DNA of 64,000 nucleotides from positions 114,436-178,435 of the forward strand of contig JBEIQD010000002.1 in the NCBI GenBank assembly GCA_040376695.1. Reading direction: 5' to 3'. The stretch is from Candidatus Nomurabacteria bacterium. Its GTDB lineage: Bacteria; Patescibacteriota; Minisyncoccia; Phycocordibacterales; UBA5272. The notes under the pieces were generated by a model that ran no database searches, was not told the origin of the DNA, and was given only the letters and a program-made list of their open reading frames with translations. Position numbers and translations under genes: made by a program. Below, piece after piece: positions 29,961 through 38,491 of the stretch. Numbering within the stretch: the first letter of the stretch is position 1; each line of letters begins with the position of its first letter.

Positions 29961-30321
29961 ACCTTAATGTTTCCACTAAGGGTTAGGTCAGAATTACACG
30001 TTATTAAGTTGTAGTAACAAGGTTATTATAGCATTTATCAATTCCTGTCACTGCTGTTACACCAAAAGTGCTATCACAGGGCAATATACGTGTTATCACG
30101 GGAGAAAGTAGGCGCACATTAATAAGCTAAGCCCTTGAAAAATAAAGAGAAGATCAGTGAAATAGTATAAAAAGAATTACTTTTACTCTCTATGGGTCTA
30201 TTTTAAGGCTTATAGAGGGTGGGGTGGGTGGTTCCCCTTTCGTTTAGAGCTTAATTATTAGGTACCCATCGGAAACGCTATGCAATTTTTAATTTATGTA
30301 TAACAAAATCTGAAAAGTCGC

Positions 30322-30350
30322 TTGCAATTTTTTCGATTTCGTGGTACAAT
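30322..30350 (+). promoter_or_regulatory. Sigma70-like promoter for the element's rightward operon
   Basis: TTGCAA-N17-TACAAT with extended TG. Confidence 0.55.
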
Positions 30351-30615
30351 ATGTCTTATCTTCCCCTGAGGGAAAGATTTTACAAAAGAATTCTCGTTTA
30401 TAGAAGGTTCCTAAATAAACGACGACATTATTTTTGATCAAAATCCACTTCGACGCATTTATATCAATGGGCATACGATAGACATTCCGTCTTACTCGAT
30501 TTGAAACAAATCTTAATTACGAGATTCTAGATTAACAATAGGAGAAATCTGCACTTTTATTCCCTTTATGAATAAATTGGTGCTTTTTACATCTCCAACA
30601 CTAGATTAATAACAA

Positions 30616-30921
30616 TTGGACATAGAACACACTACTCTCCGCTTAAGGAGCGAAGAAAATGCAGGACTAGGAAGAATCTTTAGAGAGTTAAGAAAAATAC
30701 AAAGACTTGAAGTCCTTGGAGACATAATTCTCTACAAAACTATTATTAACACTCTTTCACTAAACGGCTATGAGGTATCAGAAAGATCTATTACAAGGCA
30801 CTTTGTAAATATTGATCTAGATGACTACAACCCAGAAGATCGTCGAGAAATTATAAAAGACCTCAAAGGAGGTTCCAAGAAAATTTACGAACAAGCAAGG
30901 AGAGGTCATAAACGACCCTAA
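30616..30921 (+). CDS. Hypothetical protein (element)
   Basis: 101-aa ORF with TTG start heading the rightward operon. Confidence 0.5.
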   Translation: MDIEHTTLRLRSEENAGLGRIFRELRKIQRLEVLGDIILYKTIINTLSLNGYEVSERSITRHFVNIDLDDYNPEDRREIIKDLKGGSKKIYEQARRGHKRP

Positions 30922-30971
30922 AATCCTCTACAAACGACGAGGACTGCCTTTGCCGACCTAATTACTAAAGC

Positions 30972-31151
30972 ATGTTTTTATCATCTAAAAACGTCTCCGA
31001 CTTTCAGGAGATTTACAAAGAAACTTTTAACGAAGAAATTTCAACAGAAGAAGCAATTGAACAAGGGGCAAAACTTATAGAGCTCATAAGAGCTGTGTAC
31101 AGACCCATCACTAAAGAAAATTACGAAAAATACAAAATAACTCATGGATAA
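30972..31151 (+). CDS. Small 59-aa helical protein (not in ORF track)
   Basis: Manual translation MFLSSKNVSDFQEIYKETFNEEISTEEAIEQGAKLIELIRAVYRPITKENYEKYKITHG; stop overlaps the next start. Confidence 0.7.
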   Translation: MFLSSKNVSDFQEIYKETFNEEISTEEAIEQGAKLIELIRAVYRPITKENYEKYKITHG

Positions 31152-32430
31152 ATACAATCAACTTACAACAGAAGAACTGGCGGATATTCTCTCGCTAACA
31201 ATAAAGGAGGATAAGGAAAATAAAGTGGCGACTTTCCTTTGCCAACTATCGGCATTCACTGAGGACTCTCAGTTCAATGTTTTATTTAACGCCCCTTCGT
31301 CATCAGGTAAATCTTATATACCTTTAGAGATAGCAAATCTATTTCCACAGGAAGACGTTCTGAAAATTGGGAACTGCTCTCCGACCGCTTTCTTTCATGA
31401 GCAAGGAGAGTACGATAAGGCAACAAATACAACTATGGTAAATCTAGAAAGAAAAATTCTCATATTTCTAGATATGCCACACACTCAGCTTTTAGAGAAA
31501 TTGCGTTCCCTTTTATCTCATGATGAAAAGGAAATGGTTTCAAAAATTACAGACAAAAGCGAAAAAGGTGGACACAGAACAAAGACAGTAATTCTAAGAG
31601 GTTATCCTTCTGTGATTTTCTGCTCAGCAGGATTCAATATTGACGAACAAGAGTCAACGCGATTTCTACTTCTTAGTCCAGAATCTACACATGAGAAGAT
31701 ACAACAAGCTATTGATCAAACAATTAGACGGGCTTCAAACTTAGAAAGCTACGAAGAGTGGCTCAATGCCGACCCAAGAAGGCAACTACTCCGAGAAAGA
31801 ATTGTAGATATTAAAAGGTCTCTCGTGGGAGATATACAAATATCTTCTGAGGGGCTTGTTAAAGAACTATTCATGCAAAATAAGAAAAGCTTGAAGGCAA
31901 GAGATCAGAGAGACATCAAAAGATTTGTCGCTTTAATTAAATCTTTTGCTTTGTTAAATCACTGGTGGAGAAAACAAACTAAGACTGGCATAATTGCCAA
32001 TGAAAATGATATCAGACAGGCATACGAGATATGGAAGAAGATTTCAGTATCACAGGAGTTTAATTTAGCTCCTTATGTCTACGATCTTTACAAAGATATT
32101 ATTATTCCTCTTTGGAAAGAAAAGAAGGTCGAGGTCATGAGTGACGAATTTAATCTTGATAAGCGTTATGGTATCTCTAGGTATGAAATACTACAGCGTC
32201 ATTACGACTTACACAAAAGAATGCTGGACGGATATAAGCTACGAACAGAAATATTAAGGGTGTTAGAAATAGCAGGTCTCATAACTCAAGAGCAAGATGT
32301 AAATGATAAAAGAAAATATCTAGTTTTCCCTTCAGTTGAAATTGAAGAAGAGTATAGTGTGGAGGAAGGTGGGGTGGCTAGCATTGTGAACACAAAATAC
32401 ATGCCCGTGTTTGCTGAAAATAATGCTTAG
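31144..32430 (+). CDS. AAA+/MCM-like ATPase, putative element helicase, with winged-helix-like C-terminus
   Basis: Walker A APSSSGKS, Walker B ILIFLD, ESTRF arginine-finger-like segment, terminal LEIAGLI...DKRK. Confidence 0.65.
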   Translation: MDKYNQLTTEELADILSLTIKEDKENKVATFLCQLSAFTEDSQFNVLFNAPSSSGKSYIPLEIANLFPQEDVLKIGNCSPTAFFHEQGEYDKATNTTMVNLERKILIFLDMPHTQLLEKLRSLLSHDEKEMVSKITDKSEKGGHRTKTVILRGYPSVIFCSAGFNIDEQESTRFLLLSPESTHEKIQQAIDQTIRRASNLESYEEWLNADPRRQLLRERIVDIKRSLVGDIQISSEGLVKELFMQNKKSLKARDQRDIKRFVALIKSFALLNHWWRKQTKTGIIANENDIRQAYEIWKKISVSQEFNLAPYVYDLYKDIIIPLWKEKKVEVMSDEFNLDKRYGISRYEILQRHYDLHKRMLDGYKLRTEILRVLEIAGLITQEQDVNDKRKYLVFPSVEIEEEYSVEEGGVASIVNTKYMPVFAENNA

Positions 32431-32553
32431 GTATATTATAAATATGCGAAACCATAAGATTAACCTTGATATTTGTAGCCAAAGATGGGGTAACAGTACT
32501 TGTGGTTTCGCGATTACAAGTATCATGCTGTTGCCCCTTTTTTGGTACAAGAT

Positions 32554-34176
32554 ATGAAAAAATTAAATAACGAAATTGAGTATTTTCTATATGCTCGCAA
32601 ATCATCAGAAAGTGATGATAGGCAAGTTCAATCTATAGATGATCAGATAGATAGACTAAAAGAATACGCTTCGCGTGTTGGTATTAAAATTAAAAAAGTC
32701 TTTATAGAAGCAAAGTCTGCTAAATTGCCAGGCAATAGACCAGTGTTCGCTGAAATGATGGAAGGAATAAAAGCAGGTAAGGCTCAAGGCATTCTGTGTT
32801 GGCAGATTAATCGTCTATCTCGTAATCCTGTAGATGGAGGAATGATTAGCTGGATGCTTCAACAAGGAATAATAAAATCTATCCAAACAACGGAAAGAGA
32901 ATACAAACCTGAAGATAACACTTTACTTTTAAGTGTTGAAACTGGTATGGCGAATCAGTTTATTATTGATCTAAAGAAAAATGTTCGGCGAGGAATGGAC
33001 GGCAAGGCGCAAAGAGGAGAGTATCCTACAAAGCCCCCTCTTGGTTATAAGAATGATCGTCTTAACAAGACGATTGTTAGTGATGAGGAAAGATTGCCAA
33101 TGATTAAGAAAATGTGGGACATGCTTCTTTCTGGAAACTACAGACCTCCAATGATAGTAAAGATAGTAAACGAAGAGTGGGGATTTAGAACTCCAAGAAC
33201 TCCCAAAGGAGGAGATAAGGAAATATCTAAATCTACCATCTACAAATTATTCAACAACATATTCTATGCTGGAGTATTTGAATGGCATGGAGAAATTCTG
33301 CAAGGTAATCATAGGGCAATCATCACACTAGATGAGTATGATAAAGCTCAGAGAATTTTAGGTAAAAAAGGTAAGCCACGATTCTCTAAACATGAACATG
33401 CATACACTGGCGAAATTCAGTGTGAAGAGTGCGGTTGTTTGCACACTGCAAGTTTGAAGTCTAAAGTGCTATCTAATGGGGAATCAAAATCTTACGGTTA
33501 TTACTACTGCACGAGAAGAAAGAAGAATCTAAATTGTAGCCAAACGGGAAAACTAACAACTCAGGAATTGGAAAATCAGATAGACGCGGAACTGAAAAAG
33601 TGTCAGATACACCCTAGATTTCTACAGTGGGCTCTAGACTATCTACAAGAAAGGAAGGAAGTTGATTTTGAAAACAAATCTACTATACGCGAACAACAGG
33701 AAGCAACATATAACAAGATTCAGGGTGAGTTAAGCAATCTCTCAAAAATGCTTTATAAGGAACTCATAAGTGAAGAGGAGTTCCTAAGTATGCGAGATGA
33801 TTTACGTTCACAATCTGCAAAAGTAAAATCAGCTCTAGATAATACCGAGAATGAATCCGCCAAATGGCTTGAGCTTACTCAAGAGTTTTTCCAATTCTCT
33901 GCCTACGCACGAGACCGCTTTAACGATCCTGAAGCAACAGCTCAAGAAAAGAAAGCTATTTTCCGTGCTTTAGGTTGGAACTTTAGCATAAAAGATAAAG
34001 TACTCCGTATTTCTAAGCACAAATGGATAGAAACTGTAGAAAACGAGTATCCATCTCTAGAAAAGAGAATCACTGCGTTAGAACTGGATAAAAACCTTGC
34101 TGTTACTGAACGAACCAAGCAAATTAGCATGATTCGTCTCGATTGGTGTGCCTATCGAGATTCGAACTCGAACTGA
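32554..34176 (+). CDS. Large serine recombinase (resolvase, recombinase and zinc-ribbon domains)
   Basis: YARKSS catalytic Ser, QVQSI, RLSRN, PLGY, CEECG...YYYC zinc ribbon, coiled coil. Confidence 0.95.
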   Translation: MKKLNNEIEYFLYARKSSESDDRQVQSIDDQIDRLKEYASRVGIKIKKVFIEAKSAKLPGNRPVFAEMMEGIKAGKAQGILCWQINRLSRNPVDGGMISWMLQQGIIKSIQTTEREYKPEDNTLLLSVETGMANQFIIDLKKNVRRGMDGKAQRGEYPTKPPLGYKNDRLNKTIVSDEERLPMIKKMWDMLLSGNYRPPMIVKIVNEEWGFRTPRTPKGGDKEISKSTIYKLFNNIFYAGVFEWHGEILQGNHRAIITLDEYDKAQRILGKKGKPRFSKHEHAYTGEIQCEECGCLHTASLKSKVLSNGESKSYGYYYCTRRKKNLNCSQTGKLTTQELENQIDAELKKCQIHPRFLQWALDYLQERKEVDFENKSTIREQQEATYNKIQGELSNLSKMLYKELISEEEFLSMRDDLRSQSAKVKSALDNTENESAKWLELTQEFFQFSAYARDRFNDPEATAQEKKAIFRALGWNFSIKDKVLRISKHKWIETVENEYPSLEKRITALELDKNLAVTERTKQISMIRLDWCAYRDSNSN

Positions 34177-34219
34177 GGGCTCCACAAGCCCGCGTGCTAA
34201 CCATTACACTATAGGCACC
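34144..34219 (-). tRNA. tRNA-His(GUG)
   Basis: Cloverleaf GTGCCTA...GGGC-TTGTGGA-GCCC...GTTCGAATC...TAGGCAC-A-CCA; genomic G at -1. Confidence 0.93.
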
Positions 34220-34356
34220 ATCTGCAACATTCCGCTGGGAATGAGGGTTTTACTCTAACACATTTTCCTGCTTTTTTGAAGAGTGCGCTTTTCTTTGGAA
34301 GTGCTAGAGTTATCTTTGTATCGTTCATTACAACAGCAACAACCCAGGAGACAATC

Positions 34357-34881
34357 ATGATGAAACGCTTTATTTTCCTTGTGGTTTTGGCATTTTCCCC
34401 GTTTTACAGTTTTGCTGACAGCTACGACCGTTACGACGGTTGGTCAGGAACCTTATACGGGTTCAGTCACCACGCAACCCAAAACCAGAAAAACCCCTAC
34501 GAGGAATTCAATCCGGGTATCGGCATCCGCAAACATTTTGGTGAATGCTTCTGGAGAAGCGCCAACTGTTTCGCAGAATTGGGCTACATCCACAGAAATA
34601 GCTTAGGGGGAAAGGTGAAGATGGCTTCCGTAGGGAGCAAGTGGACGCTGTTTACAGTTGACAACTATCGGTTTCACGTTGGTGGAACCATCACCTATAT
34701 CGAATACGGGAACCCTTTTAGCAAAAAGACTCTCCACGGATTTGCCCCAATTCCATTGATTGGCGTTGGGAAAAATTCCTGGGACTTCGATGTGTCGATC
34801 CTTTCCAAAAAACCTCTCTCGGCATTAACCGGGAAGGACGAAAAAGCTGTATTCTTGTTGTCTTTTGTACACAGGTTCTGA
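34357..34881 (+). CDS. Secreted small beta-barrel-like protein (PagP-like pattern; SD-led class)
   Basis: Signal peptide, SHH...EFNPGIG...RNS...PIP pattern, alternating beta strands, terminal Phe; SD AGGAG; hairpin at 34899-34928. Confidence 0.6.
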   Translation: MMKRFIFLVVLAFSPFYSFADSYDRYDGWSGTLYGFSHHATQNQKNPYEEFNPGIGIRKHFGECFWRSANCFAELGYIHRNSLGGKVKMASVGSKWTLFTVDNYRFHVGGTITYIEYGNPFSKKTLHGFAPIPLIGVGKNSWDFDVSILSKKPLSALTGKDEKAVFLLSFVHRF

Positions 34882-35004
34882 AGCAAGAACCTCCAATTAA
34901 AACCCCACACCGTGTTAGTGTGGGGTTTTGCTTTTTTAATTTAAAACAACAATCTAGATTCTTACTACAAAAAACTACAAGAATTATTCTTGTAGTTTTT
35001 TATA

Positions 35005-35091
35005 TGGTGCCCAGGAGAGGACTTGAACCTCCATGCCGTTGCCAGCGCTACCACCTCAAGGTAGTGCGTCTACCAGTTTCGCCACCTGGGC
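35005..35091 (-). tRNA. tRNA-Leu(GAG)
   Basis: GCCCAGG...CTACC-TTGAGGT-GGTAG, long variable arm, encoded CCA. Confidence 0.95.
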
Positions 35092-35180
35092 ATATTTAAA
35101 ATGTCTCTTCTTTAGAAGTATTGAAATACTACCACAGAATACAGTAAAACAAAAACCCGCACGAATGCGGGTTTTTGTTT

Positions 35181-35606
35181 TTATGCTGTTACTTCTTCTG
35201 GAGTTTCAACTACTGTTTCTACTGTAGTTACACCATCTTTCTTAACAACACGAACATCTTTCTTAAGCTTACGACGTACATCACGTAGCGCCTTATCACG
35301 CACATAGTAAAGCTTACTTCGGCGTGTATGTGAGTGGCGAACCACTTCGATCTTATCGATCATAACTGAGAAAAGTGGGAATACACGTTCAACTCCAACA
35401 CCTGAGGCAACTCGACGAACAGTAAATGTCGCACCGATTTCAGTTCCATGCTTACGAGCAAGTACCATTCCTTCAAAGGCCTGAAGACGAGTCTTTCCGT
35501 CTGCTTCTTTAATCTTATTCCAAACTCGAACAACATCTCCTGAAGCAAATTCGATTGCTTTTCGTGATTCAATGTCGACTGGTGTTAATATAATCGTCGT
35601 TTTCAT
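35181..35606 (-). CDS. rplS: 50S ribosomal protein L19
   Basis: GDVVRV, RLQAFEG, TFTVRR..SGVGVERVFP, RRSKLYY. Confidence 0.97.
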   Translation of the reverse strand: MKTTIILTPVDIESRKAIEFASGDVVRVWNKIKEADGKTRLQAFEGMVLARKHGTEIGATFTVRRVASGVGVERVFPLFSVMIDKIEVVRHSHTRRSKLYYVRDKALRDVRRKLKKDVRVVKKDGVTTVETVVETPEEVTA

Positions 35607-35643
35607 ACGTGGTTTTATGTTCGGCTATGATATCACAAAAAAA

Positions 35644-36369
35644 CTATATAAGCAAGAGCTTTTCTAGTACCTCTTGCATGTCTTGTGGCACTTCACAGGT
35701 GAAGGTTTTTTCAATATACCCTTCAGATTCGCCTGGAATATTAATGGTAAGGGAGTACGCATGTAGCATTGAACGTGGCGCAACATCTCTTCCTGCCTTT
35801 GATCCATATAAATCATCCCCAATAATTGGGTGACGAATACCCCTAAAATGAGCTCTAATCTGGTGAGTGCGACCAGTGAGCGGATAACATTCTACATAGC
35901 AGTACTGCTTTCCATCTGCTGCTGTTGAGCGCTTAAGAACTTTGTATCGAGTGATTGCTTCACGTTCCTCCCCTCGCGCGTCCCCTGAAAACATATCTAC
36001 AATGGTTCGTTTCCTAAAGTCTGACTTAGCGCGGGCAATTGGAAGTGAAACCATACCCGTATCGTGCTTTATATTACCCTCAACAATCGCTCGATATATT
36101 TTGCGTGTTGTGTGATCTTTAAACTGCTTTTTAAGTGTGGTAAAAGAAATATTATTCTTAGCAAGAATAAGCACGCCTGTAGTATTCCTGTCTAATCGAT
36201 GCACAATTCCCTCACGCCCTTTGTCCCCCACTCCGTCCATTGGATACGTTTTTGCCATCCAATCCGCAATAGTTTCTTCGTCTTGCCTGTCGTCAGGGTG
36301 CACCATAATACCCGCTGGTTTATTGATGACAAGCGTGTGTTTATCTTCGTAGACAATAGGGAGATTCAT
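35644..36369 (-). CDS. RluA-family pseudouridine synthase
   Basis: NKPAG, VHRLDRNTTG, TGRTHQIR, GDDLYG. Confidence 0.93.
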   Translation of the reverse strand: MNLPIVYEDKHTLVINKPAGIMVHPDDRQDEETIADWMAKTYPMDGVGDKGREGIVHRLDRNTTGVLILAKNNISFTTLKKQFKDHTTRKIYRAIVEGNIKHDTGMVSLPIARAKSDFRKRTIVDMFSGDARGEEREAITRYKVLKRSTAADGKQYCYVECYPLTGRTHQIRAHFRGIRHPIIGDDLYGSKAGRDVAPRSMLHAYSLTINIPGESEGYIEKTFTCEVPQDMQEVLEKLLLI

Positions 36370-36420
36370 AGATGTAGTTTAACAAAAATGACACGCAACC
36401 GCGTGTCATTTTTGCATTTG

Positions 36421-36493
36421 TGGGCAATAGAGGATTCGAACCTCTGACCTTCGCTGTGTAAAAGCGCTGCTCTACCAACTGAGCTAATCGCCC
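36421..36493 (-). tRNA. tRNA-Val(UAC)
   Basis: GGGCGAT...CGCT-TTTACAC-AGCG...GTTCGAATC; CCA not encoded. Confidence 0.95.
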
Positions 36494-36541
36494 AAGTACG
36501 TAAATACTACAACATTTTATCTTTTTTTACCAGCCCGTCCA

Positions 36542-36781
36542 CTAGTGGTGGTATATTATTTTTTCTATCTCCTGGAGAGCGGCTTGTGGATCTTCTTCAA
36601 ATTTTCTCATCAGCTCTGGGTGAGTTGTTATAAGACTTCTAAACTCTTCACCATGAACGCCGGCAAAAACCTCCAAATCCTCTCCGTGCATTTGCGCAAG
36701 TTGTATTTGAATTGTATTTCCCATCTGAACCTCTCTCTCGGATTGAGATAGAGAAGCGCCTCCCATTTGTTCCATTTTCAT
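36542..36781 (-). CDS. Hypothetical protein
   Basis: ORF with TATACT box 8 nt before the MKMEQ start. Confidence 0.6.
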   Translation of the reverse strand: MKMEQMGGASLSQSEREVQMGNTIQIQLAQMHGEDLEVFAGVHGEEFRSLITTHPELMRKFEEDPQAALQEIEKIIYHH

Positions 36782-36843
36782 ACAAGATAAGTATACCCCA
36801 TCGCAGGATAAGTGTTTTTTTGCTAGTATGTGGTAATCCAATT

Positions 36844-36918
36844 GCCCTGGTAGTTCAATGGATAGAACAGCGGACTTCTAAGCCGTTAATAGTGGTTCGA
36901 TTCCACTCCGGGGCACCA
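36844..36918 (+). tRNA. tRNA-Arg(UCU)
   Basis: GCCCTGG...CT-TCT-AA loop...GGTTCGATTCC...GGGGCACCA. Confidence 0.94.
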
Positions 36919-37010
36919 AAACGTTTATAGAGGTATTTACATATTCAACCACAGCGCTACACTCAATAATGAGTGTTCCCCGTTCATAAACCTAACTGAG
37001 GAGAAGAGTC

Positions 37011-37217
37011 ATGCCTTCTGACTGGATTCAGGATCGCGATGCAGTGATCGACCCTGAAGCAAACACATCTCAACAGCAATCACATAGCCTCAAAAGTAGC
37101 CAAAAAACGCGTCGCCCAAGACGCGTCGCCCAAATTTTCCATGACGACAATTTGTGTGACGAGCAACCTCCACATCTTGCCGACCCTACCAGCATCTCAC
37201 GTGAACATCTCATGTAG
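37011..37217 (+). CDS. Small disordered hypothetical protein (SD-led class)
   Basis: SD GAGGAG; TTTACA-N16-TACACT upstream; hairpin at about 37236-37263. Confidence 0.5.
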   Translation: MPSDWIQDRDAVIDPEANTSQQQSHSLKSSQKTRRPRRVAQIFHDDNLCDEQPPHLADPTSISREHLM

Positions 37218-37263
37218 TTTCTAAAACCCGCATTGCAAAAAGCGCCCCAGGAAGGCGCTTTTG

Positions 37264-37497
37264 TTATTCGTAGATAACCACTCTACCTAATCTATCTTCC
37301 AGTTTTCTTCCAAGCATTCTTTGTGCGTCCCCTGTCCCACACACGATTACTTCGTCCTTCCCTATTTTGTGAACAATAGTATCAAGCACTTCACTTATTG
37401 CTTTTGTAATTTCTTCTTCGATAAGAATTTTCCCGACAGGAATAGTTTCTCCATCAAACACAATATAGTCATCAAAGATACACACGTGATGTTTCAT
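37264..37497 (-). CDS. Hypothetical protein
   Basis: 77-aa ORF in operon with the DedA gene. Confidence 0.6.
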   Translation of the reverse strand: MKHHVCIFDDYIVFDGETIPVGKILIEEEITKAISEVLDTIVHKIGKDEVIVCGTGDAQRMLGRKLEDRLGRVVIYE

Positions 37498-37499
37498 GC

Positions 37500-38078
37500 T
37501 TATAGTATACCCAAATATACTAGCAGCACATAGAGAGCAATGAGTGCGACAATTCCTATTGTTACCACCTTTGTATGTTTCAAAATATATTCACGCGCTT
37601 CATCTCCATATTCATACGAAAAGTAAGCGACAATACCCACTCGAATTAGACGACCCAAAAAGAAAGCAGTTACTACGACAATAAATGAAAGTGAAAATAC
37701 TCCAGACAGAAATGCAAAGATTCGATCTGGAAGTGGGGTAAACGCTGCGAGAAACATACTCACAAACGTATTGTGCTCAAACATTGTTTGCGTGTAAGTT
37801 GCTAACAGTGATGAATCAAAAAAACTCTGGAACCATGTTTGGTATGTGGTATATAAATATTTTCCCGTAACATACAAAAGTGCTGCCCCTGTTGCAGAAC
37901 CAGCTGCAGAAATAACACTGAGGAGTTTCCAAGAGATATCTTTTCTGTACGAGAGCACTGCCGCAACAACAAGCTCTGGCAAAAGTGGAGATATTGTTGT
38001 TTCAAGAAAAGCCACAATAAATACCCCTGTTTTTATCCAAGACCTGGTCGCAACGTAGGCAATCCACCTATCTATCAT
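37500..38078 (-). CDS. DedA/YqaA (VTT-domain) membrane protein
   Basis: AFLE..P.LPE, GSA.GA, FTPLP, GRLIR; start position uncertain. Confidence 0.85.
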   Translation of the reverse strand: MIDRWIAYVATRSWIKTGVFIVAFLETTISPLLPELVVAAVLSYRKDISWKLLSVISAAGSATGAALLYVTGKYLYTTYQTWFQSFFDSSLLATYTQTMFEHNTFVSMFLAAFTPLPDRIFAFLSGVFSLSFIVVVTAFFLGRLIRVGIVAYFSYEYGDEAREYILKHTKVVTIGIVALIALYVLLVYLGIL

Positions 38079-38103
38079 CTTCACTTCTTTCTGAAGTGTT
38101 GTA

Positions 38104-38481
38104 CTAACGAAGTTTTGTTCCATTTGGAAGAGGTGTTGTTGGATTAAGGAGTGCAAATGAATCATCTGTTGATCCCGCTAAAATCATTCCTTGTGATTCA
38201 TGTCCACGCAACATACGTGGGGCAAGATTTGTTATAAAAGGAAATTGTTTTCCTAATAAATCTTCCGGCTGCACAAACTCTCTAATCCCTGAAAGTATTT
38301 GTCGTGGGGACGTTTCGCCAAGATCAACTTGTAATATATAAAGTTTGTCCGCACCTTCAACAATATTAACTGATACAACTGTTCCTAGTCTGATTTCTAT
38401 TTTTAGAAAATCATCAATAGTAGCAAAAACCTTCTCAGGAATTACCTCCTCCTTTTTTATTTCTTCCTGTGGTTCATTCAT
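38104..38481 (-). CDS. Stand-alone tRNA-binding OB domain (MetRS C-terminal/Trbp111/CsaA-like)
   Basis: IDDFLKIEIRLG, ADKL, VDLG..RQILSGI, NLAPR...ESQGMIL. Confidence 0.9.
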   Translation of the reverse strand: MNEPQEEIKKEEVIPEKVFATIDDFLKIEIRLGTVVSVNIVEGADKLYILQVDLGETSPRQILSGIREFVQPEDLLGKQFPFITNLAPRMLRGHESQGMILAGSTDDSFALLNPTTPLPNGTKLR

Positions 38482-38491
38482 ATCCCCCACT

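Larger units (their letters stand above)
26720..34152. mobile_element. About 7.4 kb integrative element (large serine recombinase) in the 3' end of tRNA-His
   Basis: GTGTGCC direct repeat at 26720-26726 and 34146-34152; recombinase ORF overlaps the tRNA; in-frame alternative recombinase tail at the left end. Confidence 0.82.

Noticed and set aside
29821-29976. N-terminal extension of the 29398..29976 ORF
   Set aside because: Runs through the structured leader; the TM-bearing protein starts better at 29820.
26720-34152. Prophage interpretation of the element
   Set aside because: No capsid, terminase, tail or lysis genes.
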